Notes: generated by a model not told the origin, from the sequence alone. Counted from the first letter of the whole stretch, positions 24,674-37,929 are shown. The stretch: 59,364 nt of DNA, filler included, from Sphacelaria rigidula (GCA_964200075.2; 10 parts of 10 records of this genome joined end to end with filler, not necessarily neighbours in it); one strand, 5' to 3'. Numbers and translations: made by a program.

Positions 24674-25037
24674 GTGTTGTGTGTGTTTTCATTCCCCTAT
24701 ATTCTGGACGGTAGTCTACACCTTTTGGGTATGTGTGGGTGCATCAGCCGGGGTCACACAGGAGTACGGCACAGAAGTTTATTTTTTATTGTTTTTCCTT
24801 TGTTTGAATACTCCACCTTCCTTCTGCGGTGCTTGCCTTATTTTATTTATCGCGAGAGGGGCTCAGCACTTCCTTTCCCTCGTCGATCGTGAAGTCGGAT
24901 TTTGTGTACCTACGACGTAGTCGCTCTCCACTGCTGGGCATGGTGTGAGAAAGATCCCAGATCGTTGTGACTTTACCAAGATTCAAGCCTACGACCCAAC
25001 CGTCAGGTTTCGGGGTTACCAACTGAGACACCGGGGC
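24674..25037 (-). mobile_element. tRNA-derived SINE, uninterrupted copy in PEX5 intron
   Basis: Minus-strand head GCCCCGGTGTCTCAGTTGGT, body colinear with 18990-19210 plus 20291-20417, and a CA-rich tail. Confidence 0.85.
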
Positions 25038-25482
25038 GATAACGAATGAGTGTGGAGAAAAAGTACAGTGCCCTCCTGTCTGACTCTTACGCTGTCTGCC
25101 ACAGTAATGGTCGTGCGTGGTTTGTCTAAAAATGGCGCGCCCGATTTTCCACGATTGTGGTTTGTGGTGAAACCATCTACGCTACAGGCTACCGTGGAAA
25201 TAATCAGGACCGCTTCCAGGTTGTAGGTACTGTTTACACCCGTTGACGCTTTCGTTGTTCCTAGGGCGGGATGCAGGTAGAATGTTGAGGCTTGGTTCGT
25301 GTAGATGGTGTGTGTGTTTGTGTGTGTGTGCAACGCTGTTTGCACATGTTTGCTAGAACATCCACAATCGTGCCATGCGTCCGCGTGGCTATCGTTTTTT
25401 GCTCCAGGCTTTTTTGCCCAAGTTGAAATGCAAGTAGTGCACGACATGTTTTGAACATGTTACACTTCTGTCGTTTTTGTTT

Positions 25483-25491
25483 TTGTTGTCG

Positions 25492-25558
<67 letters not shown>
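25483..25558. repeat. (GTT)n microsatellite in PEX5 intron
   Basis: Long, nearly perfect GTT/TTG run. Confidence 0.97.
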
Positions 25559-25614
25559 GCTTTTTTGCTTGTCCTCGTGCTCGCTCGCCCGTTTGTTTGT
25601 CGTATATCAATCAG

Positions 25615-25738
25615 GTCGTACCTTCGTATAGTGTTCACCAGTATGGAGCGATTCGACTTGGTGCAGAAGGCTGGGCAGGAGAACGCCAAACTTTTCCAAG
25701 AAGATTTTGACCTGTCACTTCCCGTCCGTAGCGGCTGA
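25615..25738 (+). CDS. PEX5: PEX5 terminal coding exon
   Basis: TCAG acceptor; the first G completes TGG. (W)SYLRIVFTSMERFDLVQKAGQENAKLFQEDFDLSLPVRSG* matches the PEX5 C-terminal WxYLR..S.M.R.DL...LF..EF pattern. Confidence 0.88.
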
Positions 25739-27925
25739 TGATCGAATATCTTCGCTCATTAGAGTGGGTCGTGACGCGAACGGAATGTGATTTTCAGGGA
25801 CACCACCGACTGCACGTCTGTAGCAGAGTGGTTTTGTTGTGGTTGTGGGTTTCCTTTGCTTGTTTTGAGGAACAACCATGTAGCAGGACCGAAAAGTTGT
25901 GATGATGGTATGTGTGTTTGTTCTGTTGGAGCAAAGAGTGCAACTGAGTGGCGACGATCGCGCCGAGATATATCGATCTTTAAAACCATCCGGGCGTCAA
26001 TATACGCCGAAAGCGTTCAGGTTTTGTAAGTATCACCAGGGTCGTTTCCCGTCGTACATTTGCTTGTCGGCAGGAGATCAAAGCCGCCCTGCAAGCTGAT
26101 TGATGTTTAGCTGATCAAGTGTTTTTTTGGGTGTTTTCGTATTTTTTTCCCATGTAGTCTTTTTCCCCTACGCACCTTGCATGCAAGGTTGCCCTATTTC
26201 CCTATGCACCGTTGTGCATCGAGCACTTTTGTTTTGGCGTCGACTGTTTTTTCGGGTGTTCCGTTTTTCCGTCATGCACAGTCTCCCATGGAAGGTTACC
26301 TACGTACTTTGTGCATACAGCAGAGGGTGACTCCCTCGTGTGTGCCATGGATGTGGGTGCACTCCTACTTATACTACTCGTTTGGCGACAGTACGATCAT
26401 GTGGGAGTGCACGTTCGCCTTCATGGGTGCCTGCGTGTGGTTGAGAAATGTGTGACAAGATGCGGAGTACATCTTTGTATGAGCAATGAAGGTTTCAATG
26501 AAAAGGGAGTGTGCAGCGTCATTGGCGGAAAGTGATCGCAAGATCAAGACATCGTACGTAAGTGAGTGCCCTTTCTCGTGTTGATGCTGTTTGCTTACAT
26601 GCTTGCTTGCTTTGTTGATAGATTAGCAGTCGCGCACTAAAAAGTGGAACCCAGACGTTTTTTTTCACATAGTAAGACCTACCGAAGGTTCTCTACACGA
26701 GCACAGACACTCGATAAAGGGAACTTCGAGGGAAGATGAGTAAGAAAGGAGAAGTCAGGGTGTGATTGATCGGTCGGTTGATTAATTGTCGCACTTCAAC
26801 TGACCCCCCAGGGATATCGGCCGTGGTCATCATCCATAAGATAGACGTACCCGAAAAACGAAGCAAAACTGAAAACATCTACTCGCTGAAAAAAGAAGAG
26901 GAAGGAGCAGAATAAGAGTGCAACAGATCAACAGAGTAAACTAAGAAAAAGAAAAAAGAGTGGAGCGAAATAATATATTCCAACTTCAATTTCACGAAGT
27001 GAATTGGTTTCTGCTGCCGGTAAATATCGATTAACCATTTTTTTGCGACTTTATTTTTGCAACTCGATTTTTGCTAGATTTTTCCACTCCGAAAGGCGCA
27101 TTGATTTCGGTTTGTTGGGGAAAACTGTGTCAAACAGACACCAAACGCATCCTGCTCCAAGGGGCACCTGGACACACAGCAGTTGCTGCTGCCTACCTAG
27201 TATCATCCTCAAAATCGAAATCTTGAGAGAGAACACCCAGCGTGCAGCTGCTTACGCGACCACTGCGTTCTGCCACGGACCCTTCCCCACGTGCCCGACA
27301 AGGGGGCAACATCCCCGTACAGACAGTAGCAATGCTAGCGGATCCAACGTCCTGACAGCCTGGCAGCCGGCAAGCTGGTTATGGTAGTGTCTTAGCGATA
27401 TCAACTTACATTGCTCTGGAGCAGAGTTTGGAGGTGAATATTTCGGCGATTGCCTCACCTGCAGTTTGCCCCGATGTTAACGGTGTTTTCGTGAGATTAA
27501 AAGTAGAGGATACGATTGAGAATGAAAAGGGGTCAATCAGTGAATGAATCGTTTCAGTTCCGAAACGTCCCTCCACGAGGCCTAATATGCTTTCTGGAGT
27601 AGCTTGCCACTGAAGCCCTTGATATCCCTGAATATAGTATCGACGTTTAGCGGCAGGCACATGCCAGTGATACAGGCAAAAAAAGTACACACGGAAGGGG
27701 AAAATGGCCAAGTTAAAGGGAAGGATAAAACCCACTCTCAATCAGCGATCTACTCTCAATCTAACGAAAACGTTGTTGCGGGTTTATTCACGATGTCACT
27801 GAGTAACATAACATACGTTTACATATGGTGTACCAGACCCTGCATTATATGTAGAAATGTACCAGACCGTGAACAAAGACTTTTACAGTCAGTACGAACA
27901 CGATGTTGAAAATGTACTACGCACA

Positions 27926-27986
27926 GTGTGTTGTGTGTTGTCGTCCCATCTATTCTGGACGCCGGTATATGTGGGCGCACCAGCCG
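27926..27986 (-). mobile_element. SINE 3' tail fragment
   Basis: GTGTGTTGTCGTCCCATCTATTCTGGACG...CCAGCCG matches the SINE tail. Confidence 0.7.
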
Positions 27987-28006
27987 CGGCTGTGTTACCA
28001 TACAGC

Positions 28007-28385
28007 TTCGCCCAAAATACAGGCAGCCATTACAGCGGCGGAGGCGACCTTTCACTCCTGCGTGCGCCACCTGGTGCAAACGCACGCTGTAGCTGTAACA
28101 CGGACAGCTTTACGAAATGTGGTGTAGCGATATAGCGCGTAGCGAGGGGTGATATCCCGCGTACACGTTGGCCGCAGATATACAAGCGGCTGCGTTCATG
28201 ATGTGGCGAATTGCATAGGACAACGCGAGATCAATGCAGGATAGGGACAGGCTAAGGATATCACGTCCTGCGGTGTGCTTTGTCACCCTGTACCCTGCCG
28301 CTGTGTAGTGAGCAGGTAGTACCACCGAAGGCGTCATGCTACGGTTGGTACGCAGTGTCGAACACAGCAGCAAGCAGCATATTTT
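28007..28385 (+). repeat. Interspersed repeat (~380 bp), second copy at 36852-37197
   Basis: Colinear with the reverse complement of 36852-37197 (shared CCTTTCACTCCTGCGTGCGC, GTGTGCTTTGTCACCCT, GAGCAGGTAGTACCACCGAAGGCGT). Confidence 0.9.
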
Positions 28386-29040
28386 ATATACCGTACATAG
28401 ATCTGTGTTCTAAGACCGATACGCGTACATACAGCAACTATTATCGCCACTATTCATCGATCAGGGGGGTACCCCCCCATCTCAAAATAGGGTACCCGGG
28501 GGTCCCCCTCCCTCCCCTCCTACGGCCGCAGAGTGAGGTTTACGCGACCTGGGGGGTGGTGGTGCCGTCATTTCCCGATATGACCCCCCCCAGCCCAGCG
28601 TGCAGCTGCTTGACGCTTGACGCTGTCTCCTGTCTGCCCGAGAAACAATAGTGGCAACTTGAAGTTTATAGCATACCGGGACGCAAGTCGTGTACGTCTA
28701 CTTGAAAACAGGCATGATTCTGGCTGGGACTATATTAGTGCGGGACGACCTAGCGGGAATTTTCCGGCAAACGGCTCGCGTCTCAGCGCCGGCTTGCTGC
28801 GGGTCCTTGCGAATGTAGGGTGACGGCGATAACACGAACACGATTTACGCTTCGATGCAACTTTACGCTTCCGTGCAACGAAACATCACGATACCCCGGG
28901 CGCGTGCGGCAGACCTTCATTTTAGAGCAACTTGTATCAAAGGCCCAGCCGAGACCGCACTCTGGTTTCACCTCCGCAATCCAAGACCGCAACGTCACAA
29001 ACACCGAAAAAATATTGAATTGAAAGCGCCCTGGGCACGG

Positions 29041-29166
29041 GGCAATCTATTTGAAAAGAACAGGTGAAAGGCACGGCAGGCCAAGATCCAGTACAAGTAT
29101 CGATGTCGAGGAAAACCTCGACATGCCCCTGCGGTGGCTTCAGATCAGGAAAGATGCCCTGCGGAA
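29041..29166 (+). pseudogene. SWIM zinc-finger remnant, probably a Mutator-like (MULE) transposase
   Basis: GNLFE/VKGTAGQDPVQVSMSRKTSTCPCGGFRSGKMPCG fits FEV...V....CxC..F....PCxH with the His lost and a frameshift. A GGGGGTACCCCCC terminal-like sequence lies at ~28464. Confidence 0.45.
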
Positions 29167-31036
29167 ACCAAGGCAATGGAACCACGTTGCGACTCAGCTA
29201 CCTGGGAGCCGCACTATTAGGGTGGGACCTCTCACCCGTCAGCTTCGCGGGAGCGAGACACGGAAACAAGTATTACGCTGTAGGTCGTACGTTCAAGGCA
29301 GAGAAAAAAGAAAGGGGAACAACGAAGAAAAAGATTGATGAAAGAAAAGGGACTTGGAAACAAACAAAATATGAGGAAATGGAGCTACAGGGGACATATT
29401 GCTAAATTTGCAAGCCAGGGAAACAAAGCAACACGGGATCTTACAAATTGGGGATGGATCTTTTATTGGGAATGGGAAACCCGGAGAAATATAATCTTCG
29501 TATCCATACCAAATCTTCGAAACATGGTTCCGTTTTTTCACCTACTACTGATAGCTATTGCGAACTGCTAGACGCCACAGAGGACACTTTCTACGATAGC
29601 CCCCCCCCCCCAAACGTGCATGGTTTTGGGAGGCANNNNNNNNNNNNNNNNNNNNNNNNNNNNNNNNNNNNNNNNNNNNTTAATTAATTAANNNNNNNNN
29701 NNNNNNNNNNNNNNNNNNNNNNNNNNNNNNNNNNNCCCCCTTTCGCTCCCCCCCCTTCCCCCCCCCCCCTCACCCCACCTCGCCTCCACATGTGTGTTGT
29801 ACGCGTTGTCTTTGTCCCTCTCGTGTGGGTTTATGAGGGTAAAGATGCCACCGTGACTGGTGAGCGCGTGTCGTTGTTTTTACACGCGGTGGATAGGATT
29901 GATCGCCGAATAGCTACCGCGCGTCTCGCCCCAAAACCTATGGCCCACCCGGGCCTGATTGCATGCCCAGTGGCGAGCTGGTGTGGTACTCTCCTGCTGT
30001 GTTTCGGCTTTCGGCGATTGTTGTCTTTTAACACGGTACGGGGATGAGAGGGTTTCATCATTTTTACACCGTCGGTATGTGCTGTGCTTGGCATATGCAA
30101 CGGTGCTGCATTGGACGTCAACAGGTTGACATGTCGATGCGCAGGGGGGGATTAGGGGGTTGGGGGACGAGCCGTAAAAGGCTAGGGCGTTGGGGCATTA
30201 TTCTGACTCTACTGCAGTGCTGTACTTTTATTTTGGGGGTGAGCAAGGTGCAGTGAAAAACGTGTTGCGCGGGTGGTTTGTTTGCAGCATGCGTGCGGGG
30301 AGTGAGTATTGCAAGGTTTTACTTTATAATACTTCAAAATGATCACTTTGCCGTGTTGGCGGCTGATGGAAGCACGCTGTTTAGACGAATACTGCGGGTG
30401 GAAAAATGCATTATACATTTTGGCGTGCTGTTGAGGAAACGGACGAGAAGCTGCGTAGCGGGTTCTGGGGTATTATTGTCGTCGTTTGGGTACGTGGTCT
30501 GTTTCATGGTGGAAGCAGTATACATTGTCGTACCCCGATACGAACTGAACACTTTTCTTTAGTAAAACATTACCTCTCTTGGACGTCCGGTTGGGAAAAA
30601 AATCCGTTCGTTTTGTTTGTATGGCCTGAACTAGCCGTGCTGTTCATAGACGTGGTGGTGTGGTTGGTAAAACATGCCGGTTTTCTTGCACCAGGTTAGC
30701 CTTCGGTGTTGAAAGTGTGTCGAATGGCTGGGCAAATTGACGACATTTCTTTTGGTGTCCAGGCAACAAGACGAGTGATTTTGCGTGAGATGGCGTGATG
30801 AGGCGGGTACGCATTCTCCTTGTAGCGTCAGATGCCGGCTGCCCTTGTATTTTATGCCACGACTGCTGCTCCTTGTTGTCTATGTGGGGGGTGATTTGGG
30901 GTCGGTTACGTGGGATCGCGCGTTCGAGGTTCACTGTAAGCAGTATGGTTGTGTGTGGACCGTGGGTTTTCATTTACTTGTGATTATCCTTCAAGGGCTG
31001 CGGAGTTTGGTATCTAAGAGGCGGGGCCATGGGTAA

Positions 31037-31551
31037 GAGCAATCCCGTGCAGTACCTGTAAAAGGGGGGAAGCAAAGCTGGTGCGTCGTGAGGTCACTAG
31101 TTACAAAAGAGGTTGGGAGGAAAAAGCAGCCTTCGGGGTAAGGTGTTCTTGACCGCAATCTAGACGACTCGACCCTCTTCCTCTTTCTTCGGTGGTGGAC
31201 CAAGTAGGAACAAATTTCTGTCGGCAGGTTACTGGCTTGGTGAAGATTTTCCTGAAGGCAACATATATCTTGCGGGGTGGAACCGACTGACGGTTGAGCA
31301 ATCCCGTGCAGTACCTGTAAAAGGGGAGGAAGTAAAGCTGGTGCGTCGAGATTGGCACTAGATACAAAGGGGGTTGGGGGGAAGAGGCAGCCTTCGGGGT
31401 AAGATCTTCTTGGCCGCAGTCTGTATGACCTGATCCTCCTGTTTTCGGTGGAGGACCAAGTAGGAACAAATGTCTGTTGGCAGGTTGCTGGCTTGGTGAA
31501 GATTCTCCTGAAGGCGACATGTATCTTGCGGGGTGAAACCGTCTCACGGTC
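31037..31551. repeat. Tandem duplication, ~259-bp unit x2
   Basis: GAGCAATCCCGTGCAGTACCTGTAAAAGGGG at 31037 and 31296, colinear throughout. Confidence 0.92.
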
Positions 31552-33064
31552 GATGGTGCGCCGCGCGGTACAGCACTGCTCAATGCTCCGTGTGTTGAGA
31601 CTGGTTGCTGACACATGGTTTGGTTGGATATTGAGGTGGCTCGTCTTCACTTTCACTTGTGCATGGTCGATTTGGGGACGCAAGTGAGTGAAGGGTGTTC
31701 GGTTCCTTGTTATATTTGCAGCGGGTGATTCCCAAGAAATGAAAAAGTTTGTTGAGTTGCGGCAAGATCGTCCTCGTTTTTGCCATACATGAAGTCATCG
31801 CGGAAATATATGTGCCTCTTTAATACAGTGTGTGAATGACTCCACGTGTGAACTATGGGTTATATTGATGTAGATTTTCTTCGTTTCTAACTTTTGTGCT
31901 TCGTCTTTTTTTGTGATTTCTGTGTACCATGTGAGAGTCGTTGGGCGAGGGTTAAATTCTGCTATTGGTATAGTAAACAGTCATTACGCAGTCAGAATTT
32001 GTCGGAAGTGTGACCCCCAGCTACTTAACGACGAGCTGTGTGTGTTTCGTGTGTGAGTTCTGTCTTCATTCTCCCCTAAAAAATAGTCAAGATTCATTGC
32101 AGTTTTCGATGCACAATTTGGAGTTGTCCTGATTTTATTTCCGTCTCTATTGGCGTTCGGTATTTATTTTTCCATGACGATATCAAATGTTGTGTGTTAC
32201 TGCCTGTTTCTATTCACGGTGTCCGGATGCATGGTGCGTTTTTTTAGTGTGGTTGGTCCCAGTGCTATATGGTGGTTGTTGGTGGTAAACTTGATGCGTG
32301 CCAGAAAATTTAGACGAGTGTATGGACAGCATTTTATTTGTATTTTTTTGCCCCCGATTTTGGTTTTTGCCCCCTCAAACGGGAGTGTGGTGTGCGTCGT
32401 CTAGTGTGGATAAAGGTTGTTCAACCGTCTCGACACTAACGGAGAAGCACGAAGTACGGTGGCGGCGTTGGTCCCGTAACTTTTCCGTATAGTAAATTTT
32501 GTTCTAAAGAAGTTAATGAAACCGAATCCATCGCCTGTTATGTCCTTTACACGAACAAGTTTGAGGGGATGTGTGATGTGCTCCTTCCTTCCTTGATGGT
32601 TCGATCAAATAAACCGTTCATGTTTCATCACTGCGTCTTCTTGTTGCCTCGATTGTGTGAGTCAGCTCATCACTCATCACTTCGGGGCAGACACGGGGTC
32701 CCGTCGACCACCGCGACTCCTGCGTTAATTATGCCTTCGTTCTGTGCCATGCTACAGTACGCATGTCGCATATGATCACGATACTGTGGGAAGGGTACCC
32801 AAGTGCAACATCACGAGAAGCATTTTATATCTCTTCTTGCAAACCGAGGTAATTTTATTACATTGCGCGAAGGGCACCCCAGGGCACAACCACGAAAAGC
32901 TTCATATATATTTTTTTCTTGCGACCCGAGGTAGTCTGTACCCAGAGCTCTCCCCCACCTCCGGTAATAATGATCGAATTTTTGTGGGTGAGTCATGACT
33001 CTTAGACGAACGACACATGAACGCGCGAGGACAGGATAGTTTACATACGAAACTGTCCAAGGGC

Positions 33065-33465
33065 AGGTCGGGTGAAGTATACCCAATATTCGGTATTTTT
33101 GTACAAGTCATTTTCTTCGTACCCAAGATTTGGGCAGAGTATTTGAGATCGTACTCAACCCACCCAAGTTTTGCGTGAAGTATATTTGAGGCCATGTTCC
33201 ATCTACCCAAAATTTGTGTAGAGTATTGAGGTCATACCCAAGTGATACTTACTCAATTGCTACTCAGAGTTATCATTATGATTATTTCCGCACGTTAGTC
33301 CGATCTCGCCTTCCCAACACCGTCCCTGCTATTCGTACCCACCTTATACTGGGTAGAGTATTTGAGATCGTACTTGATCTACAATCTACCCCAAATCTGG
33401 TGGAGTAATGAGGTCATACCCAAGTGATAATATTCTATACCCAGATATTGCTCAGAGTGCTTATG
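33065..33465. repeat. TACCCA/GAGTA-rich repeat with internal duplication (TE-like)
   Basis: AGAGTATTTGAGATCGTACT and TGAGGTCATACCCAAGTGATA each occur twice (~33136/33355 and ~33227/33409). Confidence 0.7.
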
Positions 33466-34752
33466 TTACTACCAGGGTGGTCACAAGTCTACACGCGGTA
33501 CCAACCATCGATCTAATCCTTGGTGTACCGTCAACATCCGCACCCCAGTCTCCCCTGGATTACACGCACGAAACTGTCGACAAATTGCAGCTAGCATACT
33601 ATGATAGTGTCCGTAATGGCATATCAACATTCTCTGTGACCCCAAGGTCTGTTTATGGCGCAGCTATGCGGGGCATCCTCCCGTTGCCGGCGGGAACAGT
33701 TTCCTTGTCACTGTTGTGACTGTCTAGTCTCTAGTGCGGACCCCCCTGTACCCGGGGGTTCACGGCTGCATTTCCTTGGGATCGGGGTTAGGGTTAGCCA
33801 GTAACCGGAGGAGATGAAATGGTGCTCGTAACATAGATCGCCAATCTACCCCGAAGAGTTTGTAAGCTGATCGGCTGTCGCAGCCGGCGGCTGCACAGTT
33901 TTTGGCGATGGACAGCAGGGCGCAGGATGAACGCTGCTGATGATGCTTTTCAGGAAATATATTCGACTCATCGAGACGCTCTGTGTTGCCAGAAACAAGC
34001 GATGTGGACGCTGGAGTACTGTAGTGCAGCGCTTGTGCAGCGCTTGTGCCAAGCACTGTCGTATCGTCACATTTATCTCTACGCTTCAGACCCGCGGGAA
34101 CCATCCCAGATATATCGACTAACTTGTACAGAACTTTTGTCATGTTCCAGTCTGATTGGGTTGTCTCAGCAGGTCAGCCTGGACAACACCTAATCCACTT
34201 ACTGAGCAGATCCTCGAACATCAATAGCATATCACCCTACCGGACACAAACTCAGCGTTAGTGATCCAGGCATATGGCAACACCTAGCGGATTGCGATCG
34301 AGATTGTTCGGCGGGCGAGGGATCGTGGGGAAGGGCATGCTGGGGCGCGCGGAGGGCGAGAAGGTGACTTGTGACGTTGCTGATCACTCTGTTCAGTTCG
34401 TTATTTGCGTTTATTTCGATGGGGACGGTACTCTGCCACTGTGTGTGCCTGTTGTTGCGCATCGGCGCACTCCAGTCTATGCGCCCGAACTCGTGCAAGC
34501 GATACTGTCGAATTCTCTGACTGCGACAGTCACTTCGAGTTTCACGTAAAAGGGAACATGCGAACGGTCTGTAAAAAGCGTTCACGGTGAAGCGCCAAAC
34601 GACTGCTGGTGCGCTGTGCCCACACTGGTACGGGGCATGGACTTCACCCAGACCAGCTTATTTCGTGGCCCATGGCGAAGGATAGATCGTTTTATCTTTT
34701 GTGTTATTGGAGAGTGCCGAGACTGAGTCGACCCTATGACTGAGGGATCAGA

Positions 34753-34890
34753 TGTTGAGTGAGCTTAGCAGGCAGCGTGGTAGCTGCCATGAGCGGGGTA
34801 CTGTAGTCACACACACTCAACTACGAGTACCCGCACATCCGCATCAATCTATCCGCAGATGTGCATGTTCACTCAGTGTACCTGTTCACA
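34753..34890 (-). mobile_element. Candidate 3' LTR of the Copia element
   Basis: On the minus strand a purine tract AGAGGGGG precedes TGTGAAC (34890), and the segment ends CTCAACA (34753). There is no second LTR for confirmation. Confidence 0.35.
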
Positions 34891-35190
34891 TGACCACCCC
34901 CTCTGAACCGGTACATCAGTCGTCGTGGCTTTCTCTCTTAAAAAATAATAATAATAAGGGGGAAACCCGGCCAGCCGGGCAAAAACCCCCTCCCCTCAAC
35001 ATCTTGTGCTCCACTTAGATAATCCATGGACGCCGGTCAAGGCAGATACACGACGTGTCAGGAAACGCCCTACAAAACCCATGCCCCTCAAAGTAGCGTG
35101 GGTGGCTTAACCCAAAATGCGCATAAATGCATCACTTGAACATCTAAAAATACCCGGCACGAGCACAATAGCACACACAAAAAAACGTAC

Positions 35191-35581
35191 CTACTTGTCA
35201 CCTCCCAAGTTCATAAAAAAACGTCTGTCCCTCATAAACAGGCTGATCGAAAGAGGCTTCGTCAAAATATCTGCATGCTGCCATCCTGAGCCTACATGTA
35301 CAACCCTGACCTGTCCCGTCCCCACCAGCTCTCGAATGAAGTGATATCTCACGTCCATGTGCTTACTCCTCTCGGAACTAAGAGGATTTTCGGCCAGAGC
35401 TTTGGCTCCCTCATTGTCATCGTACAAAAGAATACCTTGGTTCTCCCCGCTTCTCGACACAGTCTGCGGTCGCAAGAACGTCAACACTGCCTTCACAAAC
35501 AATCCCTCCTTTGCCCCCTCGGCCATTGCAACATACTCTGCCTCCGTAGTTGACAGAGTTACGCAGTGTTGCGTGCGGCTC
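35191..35581 (-). mobile_element. Ty1/Copia LTR retrotransposon pol, RNase H domain (3' end)
   Basis: SRTQHCVTLSTTEAEYVAMAE...YDDNEGAKALAENPLSSERSKHMDVRYHFIRELV...QHADILTKPL. The frame is open to the scaffold edge. Confidence 0.96.
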
Positions 35582-35996
35582 NNNNNNNNNNNNNNNNNNN
35601 NNNNNNNNNNNNNNNNNNNNNNNNNTTAATTAATTAANNNNNNNNNNNNNNNNNNNNNNNNNNNNNNNNNNNNNNNNNNNNCAGCGCTTAGACGCAGGTC
35701 CTGCTCAAAAGATGCCGCACAATGACGGCGATTTTTCTGTTGGACTGCTCACCATCATGCTTGCGCTGCCGTGCAGAAACTTCTGGGTTAGGGTTACATG
35801 GTCGAAACCGCTTGCGAATCCCGAGCATTTTGGACGAAAAAAATGAAATTTCGATGACCTCTTGAACCTCACCCAAATGTTGAACCTCAAAAACGAATCC
35901 AGACCGTTGTCGATACGGACTGCACCCGTGGACAGATATCACCCTGTGGGGCGCACCGTGTAGGGTCCATACAGGGTCCTCCACAGTCTTTGTGAA

Positions 35997-36415
35997 AAAA
36001 CCCTGACAGTGAAAATGCAAATATGTAACCCTCTCGTAGCGTTTTGATAGGGTTTTCCCCAGGGTTGAATTTGCGGCCGTGTAGGCACGTCGGCAAAGCC
36101 CTGCACAGTCATGTGGCAGTGCTTGGGTAAAAAACCCTGACAGTGCTGCAAAATCTAGACTAGTACCCGTAGCGTTTTGATAGGGTTTTCCCCAGGGTTG
36201 GATTTGCAGGTAGGCACGTCGGCAAAGCCCTGCACGGTCATGTGGTAGTGTTCTGGTGAGAAAACCTGACAGTTCTGCAAAATCTAGTACCCGTTGTAGC
36301 ATGTTGATAGGGTTTCTCTCAGGGTTGGGTATACAGCCCTGTGTAGGCACGTCGGCAAAGCCCTGTGAGGTTATGTGACAGTGTTTCGGTGGAAACCCCT
36401 GACAGTTATACAAAT
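35997..36415. repeat. Tandem repeat ~130-bp unit, ~3.2 copies, further copy at ~37808-37890
   Basis: Recurrent CCCTGACAGT, GTAGCGTTTTGATAGGGTTT and GTAGGCACGTCGGCAAAGCCCTG. Confidence 0.9.
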
Positions 36416-36851
36416 AGATTGCTCTGCTTCGCATCGGGCCTCCAACTTTCCTATCCTTTCTTACATTGGAATGGAATGGAAAAAGGACAGAACAGACAGA
36501 CGCCCTAACAGTGTTGTTCCTTTTCGATAATATGGTTTTATCACGGTGAGGTGTACGTTCTACTAGTTGAAGTCATGTTCCGCAGTTTCAATTATCTCGA
36601 GCTCAGACAGGAGGTCATTGTGGGAAGAGGGTTGGGCACTGTTAGCTTCAACAGCTCGCTTCACGGGCGATGCCGCGCATGGGAGGAAGCTGCATGACGC
36701 ATGACATTCGTCACAGCACACGTTACAAGCGTTTTTGCTAAAAGATTCATGTATCAACAAGAACAGGGCGAGTTGGTGCAGATTTCACTAGATACGGGTC
36801 CCACTCTGTGCGCATCGGTCTTGAAAGACACACCCTCGACTGTTGTACAAG

Positions 36852-37197
36852 AAATATGCTGTTTGCTGCTATGGGTTCGGCACTGCGTACCAACCGCGAC
36901 ATTACGCCTTCGGTGGTACTACCTGCTCAGTGCACAGCGGCAGGGTGTAGGGTGACAAAGCACACCACAGAACGCCACATCCTCAGCCTACCCCTGTGCT
37001 GCATTGATTTCGCGCTGTCCTATGCAGTTCGCCACATCATGCACGCAACCGCTTGTGTCTGCGGTCAATGTGCGCGCGGGATATCATTTTGTAAATCGCT
37101 TCGTGTTTTAGCTACAGCGTGCGTTTGCCCCAGGTTGCGCACGCAGGAGTGAAAGGCCGCCTCTGCTTCTGTCATGGCTGCCTGTATCTTGGGCGAA
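36852..37197 (-). repeat. Copy of the 28007-28385 interspersed repeat
   Basis: Direct alignment by eye with 28007-28385. Confidence 0.9.
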
Positions 37198-37929
37198 AAA
37201 CATATTTTTGCGTGACGGGCGATTATGTCTGAGCGTTCAAGATCAGCACCCTGCAAACACTGAGGGCCCGTTCGAAATCAGCCGAAGAACTAAAACATGG
37301 GACATGTCTTGTCTCCCTGTACTGCAGCACAAACACACTCACTTCCACTCTCATGTGCTGTAGCTATCACTGTTATGGGGTGTGTTTGGACCTTGCGAAG
37401 ACGGTCTGGTCTCCGCTGAGATTGCTTCATGTGCTGTATTGTTGTGTTCGTCTCTCTGTAACCAAGCTGTAACATATAGTATCAGTCAGGGTGCCATGAT
37501 TTTGCAACAAGAGAAGCTGATGCATACTGTATACAGCCCATCTTCAGGTTCTAAAACAAGAAAACACTGCAGAGTTGCCGTGTTGTCTTGTGTTCAGGGT
37601 AGTACTCTGTTCTCCATACACCACTGCAGAATTGTCTTGATCTCGGTGTAGTACCCTGTACTCCATATAATGGGGTCATGGTTTGAGCAGTTTTTTTCAA
37701 GTTCTCGTTTTTTGAAAAGTATTCCGAAAAAACGTGAGTGTTTGCTGTCACAGAATCCAATGTCGAATCTGGGATAGCCTGAGACAACAACCAGTTTGAA
37801 AATTGGAAATCTAGTACCCGTAGCGTTTTGATAAAGTTTTCTGAGGGTTGGGTTCACAGCCCTGTGTAGGTACGTCGGCAATGCCCTCACGGGTGGCCAC
37901 TGGTTCCAGGTTGCAGGACTCTGCAGGGC

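Noticed and set aside
25261..25710. PolyQ, polyN, polyC and polyL ORFs in the ORF track
   Set aside because: These are translations of an intronic (GTT)n microsatellite.
30991..31683. 230-aa and 171-aa minus-strand ORFs
   Set aside because: They overlap the 259-bp duplication, whose unit length is not a multiple of three, and contain no recognisable motif.
35688..36434. 248-aa minus-strand ORF with internal repeats
   Set aside because: It arises from the 130-bp tandem array, and no domain was recognised.
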